From Hamiltosporidium tvaerminnensis FI-OER-3-3 (taxonomy: Eukaryota > Fungi > Microsporidia), in NCBI GenBank assembly GCA_022605425.2, contig CM061249.1, positions 620,001 to 684,000 of the forward strand: a DNA stretch of 64,000 nt. Reading direction: 5' to 3'. Both the position numbers and the translations under genes were made by a program. Numbering within the stretch: the stretch's first letter is position 1; each line of letters opens with the position of its first letter. This document shows, one piece after another, positions 1 to 12,635 of the stretch. The notes beneath the pieces are model-generated. The model saw only the letters and a program-made list of their open reading frames with translations. It had not been told where the DNA came from and made no database searches.

Positions 1-1500
1 TTAAATCGTAAGATAGTCAAGCAACGGCGCTGAAAAAGAAAATAGAGCAACATAAAATTGCTTTATTTATCAATTATTCATACTCAATTATATATTTCGA
101 ATCGCAAATTTAAATATAAAAAACTATCAGACTAAAATAAAAGATTCCGAGAAGTAAATTAAAATTATAAGAAGCTTCGATTGAAATTGCCGATCAATTG
201 TTGTATTAGTTATTTCTGGATCTCACTCGTCGTATATTCAGTTATTATGCCGGTTTTAATATCTTTTAGCAATTGTAACAAAATTTTGGCTCAAAATTTA
301 CTCTGGTTTATAAAACAAAATAAAACATAAGATAAATCAAATTAGCTTTTAAAGTCAGAAAAGTTTATAAACTAGTAATTGTATTCTTACATACATGAAA
401 TATCATCTTTAAAAGATGTGTGAACAAGATATACTCATCCAACAAAATAAAACAATCTAATGTTCTAGAGGAAATCATCTAACGAATTGCTTTACTTAAT
501 TGTTTTAGATAAAAATTTTGAAATGATATTAGAAACATATTCCATTCCCAGAGGCACAAGGTGAGTAAAAGAACAATCGGAGTTAAACTATGAGAAGGTA
601 TTATAGCATGCAAACTGAACTTATTGAAACCGATTATAAAAATAAGCATTATAGAAATGTGTGTTTCATCTAGAAGTAGACAACACACAATGAAACGATG
701 CATATTTGAAATATCTGCTATGTATAAGTATGATACTTATACATTCATATTCACTTATAAATATTAAAAAAAACCCATGGGCTTCTTGATCCATCTAGCT
801 TTAAATTTATGATTTTACATTTCTTTTGAAATAAGTATAATTTGTCAGAAGGATCTTCTTGATATTCTAAAAATCAGCAGTTTAGAAATTACACCACTAG
901 ACGATTGATTATCTAAGGCCCAGACATTTCCAAAAAAAAGCATATAATCGATAATTTCGATATGAATCAATAGCTGCATGCCGAACGTGTAACATTGATT
1001 CCAAAAATGTGATATATTGTTAAATACAAATTAAAAACAAGTTTCTCTTGCCGAAATTCAACTCATTGTCATGAGAGATATAAAAAATATTAAAAAAAAG
1101 GCTCTAATGAATTACCGATGCCCAAAAAGAAGCAAACTTTCTTTTGATGATTTAAGCTTATGTAACTGAGCCCAAGACCTTTTATATTGCGAATAATCCA
1201 TAATGTATTTTAATCATATGTTTTTGAAACATATATCACGATAATCGAATTGGCGAGATAAAATTAAAAATGCTTACAGTGAAATCCTGGATAATCCCGC
1301 TGTAAAAAAATTCAAGAGGAACCGCGATGAAATAAAGATTTTGTATTTTTTACTTGAATTGCATAGGATCCTTCAATCCCTCTGTTTTAAAAAAAAATTA
1401 TAATGAAGCAATACTTAACAAAAACTGTGTCGCAATCATTTGTAATTTTTTATGTCTTCAGTTTTCAGATGCACTTCTTTACATAAATTGTATCTAGCTA

Positions 1501-2232
1501 GACTTTATTTAAACGTATCACATCTTTTTAAAATAGTAGCAAGTGTTATATTTGTTTTTTTGACATTTTCGCAGTTCTAGGTTTAACATAAATGACTGCT
1601 ACTCCAAAACTCCATCAGTAACCCCTGCGATACCTACGTCACAAAGCCTTTCATCTACCAGGTGTGTAGAACCTAATTAATAGGCGAGGCAGTTGCCCGG
1701 AGTTCGTTAATGTCCGTTGCATGGAGTGTGATCGAAGGCCGAAGCCCCCCCTGGGCTCCCCCAAGACTATGCAGCATTCCCACTAACTCTACACTTTCTG
1801 AACCCAATAAACTTCTAGCTAAGATATATTTCAGAGATTTATATAGGGTCCACCTAGACAGTGCAATGTCATACCAACAGGTATAACCTGCTACTTAGCT
1901 TTCCTGGCTTTAAATGGTTTTTTGTTTTGTATCTCCCAGGCGCTAAGTCTTCTAACCCGAGTGAGCAGGGCTAGGTTTCCATGCTTTTACATGGCAATTA
2001 TCTACATGTTCAGCTGCGGTCTGCAATCTGGTTACATAAAAAGCTACAAATAAATTTGTAGAAAAAGTTTTCCATTTCTTAGACCTCTCCTCTTCATAAC
2101 AACTCCCATGGAACAACCGAAGATGTAGTGTGATTGTATTCCCACCAAAAATCTAAACAATGATCTTCACACCAGTTTTACACACTCATTGCCAAGCAGA
2201 AAGTTTTTTATGGGGTTATCCTCCCTCCACAA
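1501..2232 (-). mobile_element. ~730-bp non-coding SINE-like retroposon, full-length copy 1
   Basis: Reverse complement aligns end to end with 50847..51575 and 63121..63848. Exact 12-bp TSD tgtatctagcta at 1489..1500 and 2233..2244. Confidence 0.9.
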
Positions 2233-3129
2233 TGTATCTAGCTATAATTATAAATAAAGAAATTTTTTCTATCCCATAGCCTTTATCCTTAAAAAATATG
2301 ACCCAATCATGGTAATAAGTGTAAAATAACTGCTATTCTTATGAAAGATTTAAATAATAAGATAAGAGTGATATTTCGCAGATAGAATGAGATAGATAGC
2401 ATTTGGTTCATATGAAATGATAAAAGTCGGGCTTCTGTTAAGACTAAAGACCCCCTATTACCATTTAGATAGACCAAAAAAACCACATGTATGCGCCTAG
2501 TGAACATTTAATTTCGTTAATATTAAGTGAATAGCTAATGAATTTTTTCAGGAATTTCACTCCTTAAATTACGCAGTGCAGGTAGACACTTGGGGAACAT
2601 AAGATAACATATTTACTAAAGCGTATTTACGCCTCTGTTTGTTTCTATAAATAATTAAAAGCTGTCTAAAAAATGCAAGAGTGTGATATGAATATATGCC
2701 CTTGTAAATTTAGATTACCTTGAAGAAGTCTGAAATTTCAAAGGAGAATCTTCGGTTCATAAACCTGAAAATGAAAAAAATTCCCTTGTTAAAATTTATA
2801 AGCAAGTCTGTAAAACCAAACCTGAGTGATAATGAAAAATGCATACACGTGAAGTATTTTATCGAATTATACCTTCTTAACCTTGTTATATTGAATAGTT
2901 ACACCGGACGTCTAGCGCCCGCACAGATTATATTTTTTTATAAAGCGTCCGGTGCATATAATTACGCAAAGGATAAAAGATTATACCTACTATAGATGAT
3001 TTTTGAATACAGCAGTCTAAACAGCAATGTTATAGTACGACCTGGACATACTTACACCGACCTTTCGTTTATGAATCGGCAAATTAAATGTTTGAATAAC
3101 TACTAGTCGCGTTTTTTATTTATTAAAGT

Positions 3130-4120
3130 GTCAAAATGTGTACGTTTATTAACTATCGCGCCAATTTACTTTTGTTAGCGTTAACTATTATTTTAGACCA
3201 AAGGTAAATTAATTAAGTATCTGATTCAATCAAGGCAGCTTAACGTTTATATTTAATTTAAGTTCAAATAATTTGTTTAAGTTACACTTTTTATGGCTCG
3301 ATGAGAAATGCAAAAATTCTCTGATTCTATCACCAGATAATTTCAGGTTGGTGCCTCCAAACTATGTTCTAAGCAACAAAGACAAAAAAACACTATGTGT
3401 TTGTGTTCCGAGACAGATTAAAATAGAACCGGATAATAAAGAATCATGTTAAAGATAGTATCAATTACAAATCTAAGAAAGCGAGTACGAGCAAAACAAT
3501 TTATAGCTATAGAATCAAAAAAAAGAAATATTTATTCAACTCTTGATTAAATTTCATGAACAATTGTTCGGGCATGATGTCTGCTGTTTTTTTGTCTCTA
3601 CCGTGATTAAAAAACATGCAAAACTTTAAATGATTGTTGTTAAAAGAACCAAAATCCGAGAGCTGTGCTATCTTGAAAGAATGCCAGAAAAGATATGTAC
3701 AAAAAAAGTGTACAAAAGCAACCCGAAGGTCGACAATTTACCAATCGCCTGAAAATTAGTTGGCTGGTTGCCGTTAAAAAATATCTGATAACCTTGGTAT
3801 GACGAAAGTAAAGAGAGACACAAAATCGTGAAAGGTGGGAGTTAATAGTAAATGAGCCCTGGGCTTTTTATAGGCAGTAATGTGATTGAATTTATAATAA
3901 AACAACGGCTAATATATAGGAAAACTTAGAATCTGCTTTATTCCTGTGCACTATGTTGAAAATAATAAAAAGGGTCTAAATAATATGGAATATGCTTTGC
4001 TAAAAACACAGAAAAGATAGAATCTTCAAATTTTCAAAGATATATTTCCAGGCAAAAACTAAATATAAAATATTCTGAAAGATTTAGGCTTAGTCTTAAT
4101 GAGAAGAAACTTAAATAGAT
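3130..4120 (+). pseudogene. Highly degraded LTR-retrotransposon (Ty3/gypsy-like) pol relic
   Basis: Scattered motif-like peptides: KMCTFINYRA (~3133, cf. RMCIDYRAL), EGRQFTNR (~3725, cf. integrase D-G-QF) and LGLSLNEKK (~4084). No continuous ORF, and the motif order is not fully canonical. Boundaries approximate. Confidence 0.25.
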
Positions 4121-5375
4121 CAGCTCACCTAGCAATGTTTAGTAATCATTGCTTATAGAATAATGTCAAAAAGAAACGATCGGGCTATCTGCATTGGAGG
4201 AAACTTATGAAGATAGTTTTCTAATTTGCAACTTAAATGCACTCGCAGGAAAGAAATCGATCTTTTTAAAAAAATTTCTGTGCGAATGGAGGGTTCTCTT
4301 AGATACCGAAAGAGAAAATCTTTTCTTTCTACTTAAATAATTAAATATTCTAATTATAGGTTTCTAGCATTCTAAACGGGAAAGTTTAATACTTAAATAC
4401 TACTTTCAAGCTGCTATAAATATTAAAATATTGCTATAAGATCGATGGATTAAATATCTGTTTGTGTTTTAAATAACAAAAATTTTCAGAAATATTTACT
4501 GAAGTTTATACTATGTATAATGACCTACTATTTACAACTGCATCTGATGGCTAAGTCATAGAAACTCTCTTCATGTGTTCGTTGTTCTGTGTTTATATGA
4601 AATTATAATTTTTTCATATATTGAAAAGATTTAATAACAATTAAATCGGTTTACTGTATCGAGCAGCTTTTTGGTTGTATCTTTTTTGTACATGTTTGTG
4701 ATTGCCCAAAAATGAATGCCATTGAGAATTACAAATTGGCAAAAGTATTTGTTTTCGTGTGTGATTTACCGATTTACAAGAGCCATCGAAGCTAAGTAAC
4801 AAATTTAAAATTGTGGTATTAGTTTTAATGATGAATCTTAACTTCATATCTAGAATCACTTGAAAACTTAATCAAATTATATAGAGAATCAAAATTTCTG
4901 CTTCCACTCTGCAGTCAATAAACTGATTCCATTCAGGATCTAATTAATTCATAGATTTTAGAAATATAAAAAGTAATTTCATGACAAACCGAACCTATGA
5001 AATAAACTTGATTTGATATTTATGAGTGGCTGAATTTGGAAAGTTTAAAGCTGCGATTTCGATTTTCAATACAGTTCTATCTTGAACCAAAAATTTGTCG
5101 ATCTTTGATATTTCATCAAGTATTAGAAACAGATAGATTTTTTAAGGGTTATTAAAAAATACAGAACGATATAATTAAGGACGGGAATACAACACTCGAA
5201 TCCATAATTATTTGAAAATATTAGCGATGGTAATTTTAACCATAAGCACTCCTAGGCAGCTTAACAGTTGTTATTTTTGCAAAGAATGATATTTAATATT
5301 TTAAAAGAAATAGATTGGCTGATAAATATTGATGAATGTTGTGTTTCTGATATGAAGAAGTATAAATTTAATGGA

Positions 5376-6525
5376 GTTTAAACTTTCGATGAAGGTCGAG
5401 GGAAAATGAAAATTTTTTAGGGGTTAAAAATATCTTTTATTTTACCCCTTTTTTGTTAATTTACAATAAAAAAATTAAAAATTACAAAATATATACGATC
5501 TTAATGAATATTTAAATTTTCTATTTATACGATACTTGTTAACAGTGGAGAACTATTTATCAAAATTTTCAAAATTGCAAATAAAAAATGACAGTGGCTT
5601 AGAGGAGAATTTTTTCTATTAGAGCAATACGATTTGGTTAAATTATGCTTTGTTTGCAATAGAACCCAAACTGCTTAATTCTTTCTTTAGGAAGGATTCG
5701 TTTCCGCTGTACTTTTTGTTATAAAAAAAATGAATATTGCATGGTGCAATTGAAAACTTCAAAATTGGAATTCAAGTTGTAATTAATATCATACTAGGAT
5801 ATACCTTTGAATCGCCATATGATACCATCAGAGCAAAGCATGTTTTTTCAGATGCAACTATAGCAAACTCTTTTAAAGACTCGAGATTATTGATGCAAAA
5901 CAATTGCTTCAATTTCTTTAAAAACCTCGGGGGATCCGGAGAAATAGTTGAAACAGAAGAAACGGTTATAGGCAAAAGAAAATATAATTGTGTCGGCTTC
6001 TAGCCAAAAATGAGTTTTCATAGCTATTTAGAGAACGACAAAAAGGTTCTATGTGAAAATTTTCCAAATAAAACGTTGGGTGTTTTGAAAAATGCTGTAT
6101 ATAATTCTATCTCTACATGGTGTAAAGTATATTCGATGAACATCCTTCATACCTAGCAATATTTAGAGAAACTCAAGATTTTTCTTATAATTGTGTAAAC
6201 CATTCAGCAAATTTTGTATCAGAATCGGGTATCATATAAACATAATCGAAAATTTATGGTCGAAATTCACAAGGCTTAAAACAAAATATAATTTTAACAA
6301 AAAGCCTAAGTTGAATAATTACATTTACGAATATATTTTCAGAAAGAATTGTCCACATAAACTCGATGTGCACTGTTTTTTAAATTATTGGAACTTTTTA
6401 TTAAATAAAGTGGAAATAATTTTAAAGGATTTTATTAAATAAAAATCAAATTGATAAAAAGGGGTAAAAAATTTTCCGCCTAACAAATTTTCATTTTCCC
6501 TCTGGTCTTCATCAAAAGTTCAACC
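5376..6525 (+). mobile_element. Merlin (IS1595/ISXO2-like) DNA transposon, degenerate
   Basis: Imperfect ~75-bp TIRs (aactttcgatgaaggtcgagggaaaatgaaaatt... / ...aaattttcattttccctctggtcttcatcaaaagtt). Transposase fragments GGSGEIVETEETVIGKRKYN (5737..6003) and GYHINIIENLWSKF (6191..6442). Flanks ttaatgga/tatttgga may be a decayed 8-bp TSD. Confidence 0.85.
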
Positions 6526-7956
6526 TATTTGGATTTTTTATCTAATTTAGAATCCCAAAAATCGGATTATATGGTATTGTTTTTCTTAGAGACATATTTC
6601 GCACGACTTAGGTTTATAACTTGTCATTTTAGAATTATATGTTTTGATCTAAGGTTTCTAAGAATAATAACAAAAAAATCTTTCCAAAAAATTTTTCTCC
6701 CGTTAAACTTGTTGAGTCGGCAGCATCTCAATAAATATTTGTGTAAATTTTTCGAGCAATAGCATGAGAAGGATGATCATTTTGACATATTTAATTACAG
6801 GATAGAAACAAATTTGAAAATAATTAACAGATTCAGAAGCCCTTCATAAATATTATAACCAAAGATTACACAGACCTAAACATATGAAGCTATTTGGCGT
6901 TTAAAATTGCTTGGACTATCTTGATAAAGAGATATTAATCCATAAAATGAAGCAAACATCTTTTATACTTAGAAGTAAAATATATTCTGTTAGAAAGAAG
7001 AAAAATTCTTTATTATAAAATTTGAAGAAATGGTGTTAAAAATGTTTATGACTATCTTAGACATGGAAAAGATTGTTGCTTTGTTGATTAGACTTCATTT
7101 AAATTGATATAAATATTATTTGCCATAAGCAATAAGAACTCATTTTGTTCAGAAATTATTTGAAACAGGTATGTAAAAACAATAAGAAACATTAGGATGA
7201 ATAGATTTTAAACTGTTATATTTTTAGACAAGCTATGTTTATTTCTAATAAAAGATTTTTGAATATGATACTTAATAATGCCCGTATCGCCTCATAAGAT
7301 TATCTTCTAATCATCTAACACAAATATAGAAGTCGGTTTATTACCAAATTAGTCTATTGTTATTTTTATGTATATATTGATGATCATCTTAATTATATTT
7401 TGGGAGTTATTTGAGTAATATACCGTAAAATTTACTTTAAAAGGTTTAAATATTGCTAGAAATATAAGTCAAAGATGGTTCATAGTTTCAAAAAGACACT
7501 TAAATTCATTTCAATTGATCACAAAATAAAATAAAAGTCAAATTGAATATTCAAATGTGTTAATAAACATCAAACATCGATTTTAAACAAAGATTCGTGA
7601 TATTCAAGATCGTACAACACTGTATACATATACCTCAACCAAGAAAAGATTTTGAGAAACCCTATTAAAAAATTTTAAATTTGGGATCTTGAGTGTGACT
7701 AAAATCGATATACGATTTAATTTATATAAGAATCAATTAAAACTTCGCAAATATACATAAGAAGAATACAGAATTTTAGTAACAAAAACATTTTTAGAAA
7801 TACTCAGTATTGCATAAATTCTATTTTTTAATTTTATACAAAAAGTTAAAGTTAAATTTCGAAACCCATTAATGCTTGCTGGGTTTTTTATCTAAAATAA
7901 ATGGACTATCTAAACATATTTTTTTTCTAGCATTTAAAATCCCTTTATTCGATTAT

Positions 7957-9699
7957 TTTTATTTTTATTTAATAAAATTCTGGGTTAAAATATTTTTTAC
8001 CATTTTTTACATGTTTTCTTCTACCTCTTTAACCACTTTTGTCTCTTCTTCCAAATCCGACTCTTCATTTATGTTATTGGTCGGTTCCTCTAAAGTGGTT
8101 CCTCCTTGTAAAATAAAGGGGGCTTTATATTTTGGTTTAAAATTTTTGGCACCATCTTCCTCTGTTTTCGCTTCTTTTAAAGGGGGTATTGGTTCCTCAT
8201 GCATCTCTGATCTCATAATAACACCCATTGACGCTCTCTCCCAGCTCTCTTCGGCATTTAGTCCTGACTCAAGTCCTCTTCGTCGATCAAAGGAAATAGT
8301 TTCGACTGTCTTTTTAAGTACTATAGACTGAATGTATGCTTCTACATTCATGGGTATTTCTAGTCTTTTAAGATGAGATTTATGGTATTTTGTCACAATA
8401 CCGTCCCAGGTCATCACATAAGGGATTATCTCAACACTACACTTATAAATAAGGCCCAACTCATTGGCTAGCAGGTCATACTTCCTAAGTTTTTCAGTTT
8501 CAACTATTTGAAGTGAATCTTGGGAAGTGATTCCTACTTCAATGAGTGTTATCTTATTCTTCTTCTTATCTAAAATAAATATGTCTGGTCTGTTATTCCG
8601 AATTTTAACATCAGTTTTAATTCTGGTGTCCACTCTTATCTCTGCATACTCATTATCAAGAATTTCTTGAACTGAGTGGCTCCTTATTCGTTTTGAAGAC
8701 TTAAACTTATATCTATTTAGAAGGAGAAGGTGTAGGCATCTAACCACTTCATTATGCCGTCTAGTGTAATCATGGCCTAGCATTTTTTCACATCTAGTTG
8801 CTAGATGATCCACAGTCTTACCAGACTTCCCGCAATGTTGACACACACCATCTGCTCCCCAGAATACATTTCTATCCTGGATATAGCAGAACACAGCTTC
8901 ATTTCGTGGCCTAATATTTCCTCTCTTTAGCCATCTTGAAGAGTCACTAACACTCACAAGCTCATTTTTCCTTGCATTATATAACTTTGAATGGAGTTTT
9001 CGTTTTTCTATTTCGTTATATAGTTTTGCAAGTTGAGCTTCTTCTAAACTTTTCTTAGTGACTTCTTCTGCCAACCTGTACTTTACTTTTAAGAAGCCTT
9101 TTATTAGTGCAAGATGGGTTTTATTATTATTCTCCACCTTGAGGATTGCTGCTCGTCTAGTTGATATTTCTTTACTTTTTTCCAGACAATCCAAGAGTTG
9201 CAGAAGCATATGTTCGCTTCGCAACTCAACACTATGTAGGCCTCTTCCAAGTTCTGTTCTAGGAAGATACAACCGCTCTTTACATCCTGGGCGGAGATGT
9301 ATCTTATTTTTAACCAACACCGCACGCACTGCATCATCTAACTTAGAGAAGTCAGCCGGTTCAAGTCGAAGTACTCCTATGTGGTAGTTGATTAACGATA
9401 TCGCATGTTGATTGATTGCAGAAAATAAATTTTTTGCATTTAATCTAGTGTGACAAAGTCTTTCAACTCTTGATATAAGTTTGCTCTGTACTTCTTCAAA
9501 TGAGCTACGTGTTGGGATTCCTCTGCTATCTTCTATTATTCCTAAATATTTGTAAACACTAACACCTTCTAGAAGAGTAGCAGTATCTTCACAACACGTA
9601 TCATTTGTGGCTGACTTCTCTTTGTTAATCTCTAAGCCAATCACCTCTAAAAATTCCTTTGCCTCGCCTGTCATAGCACTCAATGTGGAGCTGTCTTTT
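7957..9699 (-). mobile_element. RLE-type non-LTR retrotransposon (R4/Dong-like), 5'-truncated young copy
   Basis: Near-identical to ~60866..62600 and truncated just after the FIDD motif. 13-bp TSD tttattcgattat at 7944..7956 and 9698..9710. A-rich 3' tail. Confidence 0.95.
8007..9683 (-). CDS. C-terminal half of non-LTR ORF: RT thumb, CCHC knuckle, restriction-like endonuclease
   Basis: YKYLGI, RLYLPRTELGRGL, CQHC...HLATRC, RHN and RPDIFILD...LIEV...EKLRKY motifs in 558 uninterrupted codons. Lacks the RT catalytic core, so it is a truncated remnant. Confidence 0.85.
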   Translation of the reverse strand: MSAMTGEAKEFLEVIGLEINKEKSATNDTCCEDTATLLEGVSVYKYLGIIEDSRGIPTRSSFEEVQSKLISRVERLCHTRLNAKNLFSAINQHAISLINYHIGVLRLEPADFSKLDDAVRAVLVKNKIHLRPGCKERLYLPRTELGRGLHSVELRSEHMLLQLLDCLEKSKEISTRRAAILKVENNNKTHLALIKGFLKVKYRLAEEVTKKSLEEAQLAKLYNEIEKRKLHSKLYNARKNELVSVSDSSRWLKRGNIRPRNEAVFCYIQDRNVFWGADGVCQHCGKSGKTVDHLATRCEKMLGHDYTRRHNEVVRCLHLLLLNRYKFKSSKRIRSHSVQEILDNEYAEIRVDTRIKTDVKIRNNRPDIFILDKKKNKITLIEVGITSQDSLQIVETEKLRKYDLLANELGLIYKCSVEIIPYVMTWDGIVTKYHKSHLKRLEIPMNVEAYIQSIVLKKTVETISFDRRRGLESGLNAEESWERASMGVIMRSEMHEEPIPPLKEAKTEEDGAKNFKPKYKAPFILQGGTTLEEPTNNINEESDLEEETKVVKEVEENM

Positions 9700-10265
9700 T
9701 ATTCGATTATATATTTAAATTAAATTTTTTATTTAAAAATTAAAAATAGATTACTCTGGATTATATAATTTATTTTATCCAAAAACCATTTATATTTTTT
9801 GAAATATTAGCTAGTCTAATTCATAGATAACAAAATCCATATTTTTAAAAACAAAGCATTTTTTTAAAAAAAGTACTAAAAATATTATAGGCAATAAAAA
9901 TGTGGATTTTTTAAAATTCAAATTTTAAGTCTTAAGTTTTAAATGAGTATTAGAGGCGGCTAATATTATTTTATGAATTATGCCTTTAATTAGCATCCAG
10001 ACTCTAATTATTTTTGAAATATAATTAGTCTCTTTTGTTTGTAAAATTCTAGAATGATAAGAACAAAAGAATAAAATATTCAAAATATATAAAAAGTCAA
10101 TAATTTTTGTTACTCAAACTCTAGTATAAGGAAGCTGTTTCTAAAGCTTAAGTTTCTCCTCAGATAGTCTTAAAAAAATTCTAAACATAGATCAAATTTA
10201 CCAAAAAAATAAAAATAAAAAGCGTAGAACTCAAAATTATGGGAAATTTATTTTTATCAACATCA

Positions 10266-10538
10266 TCATATTGAAGAAGGTTTGCGTAGATCTTTTAGTG
10301 TTCTCTTAAGTTCCGTATTTTCGACTTCGAACTCTTTTGGTTGCACACTTCCAAAGGATTCATCAAAAGAAACATATCTTACGCTACTTAGAATACGATC
10401 TATTTCCCCGTTTAGATGCTCAAAATTCTTCCATTTCGTCAAAACCACCTCCATCTCTTCATATGAATATGTTTCGCTGTTATTTAGTCTTTTTTTAATT
10501 ACTTTCTGAAATCTTTCTATTTCTTCTATCAATGACAT
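10266..10538 (-). CDS. Small hypothetical protein (~90 aa, charged/helical)
   Basis: ATG at 10538 (MSLIEEIERF...). Protein-like E/K-rich composition, unlike neighbouring spurious ORFs. No recognised domain. Confidence 0.5.
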   Translation of the reverse strand: MSLIEEIERFQKVIKKRLNNSETYSYEEMEVVLTKWKNFEHLNGEIDRILSSVRYVSFDESFGSVQPKEFEVENTELKRTLKDLRKPSSI

Positions 10539-11469
10539 TTTGAAGGACAATTTTTAAAAAAAATATTTTTTCTAATTATATAATGCTATCCTCGTCTTGA
10601 ATTGATATATGCTTTGATCAATATAAGTTTAATGTCTAGAATATGTCTTCTTTATTCATAGTATGCTTTAAATTATACCTGGAATCAAGTATTGAATATT
10701 TAAATGCTTGTTTAATAAATTATTACTTAGAATTAATATCTTAGATTCAATAAGATTAAATAAAATTTGAGGTATATTAAGATCTAAGTATATCTCTAAT
10801 TACTTTTTATTGATATAGATATATAAATAGATTTTGATTGAAATAATTAAATAAAAGACGTTTATTTTTATATTAAAAAGATAGTGAAAAGGATAATATA
10901 GTCTTTTTGCCAATGAAATATCTTTTTTGAACATCTTGGTATCTTATAATTTCATTTAAATTTATTAATATTGTATAGTTTTGAATTATCATAGTATGAA
11001 TGTCTACTACTAAACATTAAAATTCGGATTATTTGTGTATAACCAACCAATGAAAACACTCAAAAGGAGAATAGAAATCAAATTTTCTCGTTAATTTTTA
11101 TTTTAAAGAATATTTGGAAAATTGTACCTCGACAAAATAAACTTAAGAAAATATTTACCAGTACAAAAATAAGCCAATAAAAAGTTTCTAAAAAAAAGAT
11201 TTACAGATAAAAATAAATCCATTTTACAAATGAAATACAAAAATCAAAAGTTAAAACGGTTATCAGTTATTTAGAAGAGAATATAATATAAAAAAACAAC
11301 TGATAAAATCTATAAAAAATGAAAAAAAAATTTAATTTAAGTAATATATTTTTAAACAGTTGTAATCATTTATATGAATATTTATTGCTAGAAAAGAGTA
11401 AAATATAAAAATATAATTCAAGATATATTGACTCATCCGCAAAATAAATAACGATGTATTTTTTTAATA

Positions 11470-11912
11470 TAAAGAATAATAGAGATCTACAATATTCTTT
11501 CTTCATCTATCAGAATACAAAATATTTATCATTTGCTTTTTTTAATCTAAAGAATAATAGAGATCTATAATATTCTTTCTTCATCTATCAGAATACAAAA
11601 TATTTATCATTTGCTTTTTTTAATCTAAAGAATAATAGAGATCTATAATATTCTTTCTTCATCTATCAGAATACAAAATATTTATCATTTGCTTTTTTTA
11701 ATCTAAAGAATAATAGAGATCTACAATATTATTTCTTCATCTATCAGAATACAAAATATTTATCATTTGCTTTTTTTAATCTAAAGAATAATAGAGATCT
11801 ACAATATTCTTTCTTCATCTATCAGAATACAAAATAATTATCATTTGCTTTTTTTAATCTAAAGAATAATAGAGATCTACAATATTATTTCTTCATCTAT
11901 CAGAATACAAAA
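11470..11912. repeat. Minisatellite, 78-bp unit x ~5.7
   Basis: aaagaataatagagatct recurs at 11471, 11549, 11627, 11705, 11783 and 11861. Units nearly identical. Confidence 0.97.
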
Positions 11913-12189
11913 TTTATAAATATATTCAATATAATCATATTTGAATCGAAATTTGATTATAGAAATATAAAAACTGATAAATAATATAATTTAAATACTC
12001 AAACCCGAATATTCCGTATTTGAAAATTTGAATCACAAAGATCACAAACAAATAAAGAGTAAATAAATGATGATTGATTCTAAATAAATACAAATTAAAA
12101 ACTGATAAATGATTTGAAATAGAAAATAAATGGAAAAGAAGTAAAGAAAATTATAAATTAAGAAATAATAATGACTTGAAATATGTAGA

Positions 12190-12387
12190 TATAATGTAAA
12201 CAAAGGAATATAAATGACTCAAAGCAAATAATCAGAAGTTCGATAATAAAATTATAAACGAAGGAATATAAATGACTCAAAGCAAATAATCAGAAGTTCG
12301 ATAATAAAATTATAAACGAAGGAATATAAATGACTCAAAGCAAATAATCAGAAGTTTGATAATATAATGTAAACAGAGGAATATAAA
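12190..12387. repeat. Minisatellite, 58-bp unit x ~3.4
   Basis: aaggaatataaatgactcaaagcaaataatcagaag recurs at 12203, 12261 and 12319, with a partial copy at 12377. Confidence 0.95.
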
Positions 12388-12391
12388 TTTT

Positions 12392-12484
12392 TTAAAATAT
12401 TATTTTATTTGCAAAAATTTTCATATAATTAATTAAAATATTATTTTATTTGCAAAAATTTTCATATAATTAATTAAAATATTA
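12392..12484. repeat. Tandem duplication, 41-bp unit x ~2.2
   Basis: gcaaaaattttcatataattaattaaaatatta at 12411 and 12452. Confidence 0.9.
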
Positions 12485-12635
12485 ATTAACTAAATATTTA
12501 TTTTGAATCAGTTTTTTTTTACTTTAAAAGCGTAATTAATTTAACCGTCATAGTAAATAAAAGTAAATTAATTTGTTCTGGAATAATATTTATAGGAAAT
12601 ATACCCATTATACTCATTAAAATATTATAAAGGAT

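Noticed and set aside
1815-1850. Group I intron R/S-like words (AAGATATA, TTCAGAGA) in the 730-bp element
   Set aside because: They are adjacent, in the wrong order and on the strand opposite the inferred transcript. No P7 geometry.
479-4859. Short 60-105 aa ORFs here and elsewhere (e.g. 6529, 14319, 15732, 17213, 31478, 34374, 47876, 58065, 58451)
   Set aside because: F/L/I/K-rich composition expected from random AT-rich DNA, often non-ATG starts, and no motifs.
7876-9387. Antisense/alternate-frame ORFs over LINE copies (7876, 9058, 9104; also 46346, 61181, 62234)
   Set aside because: Shadows of the retrotransposon ORF. They recur only because the element is repeated.
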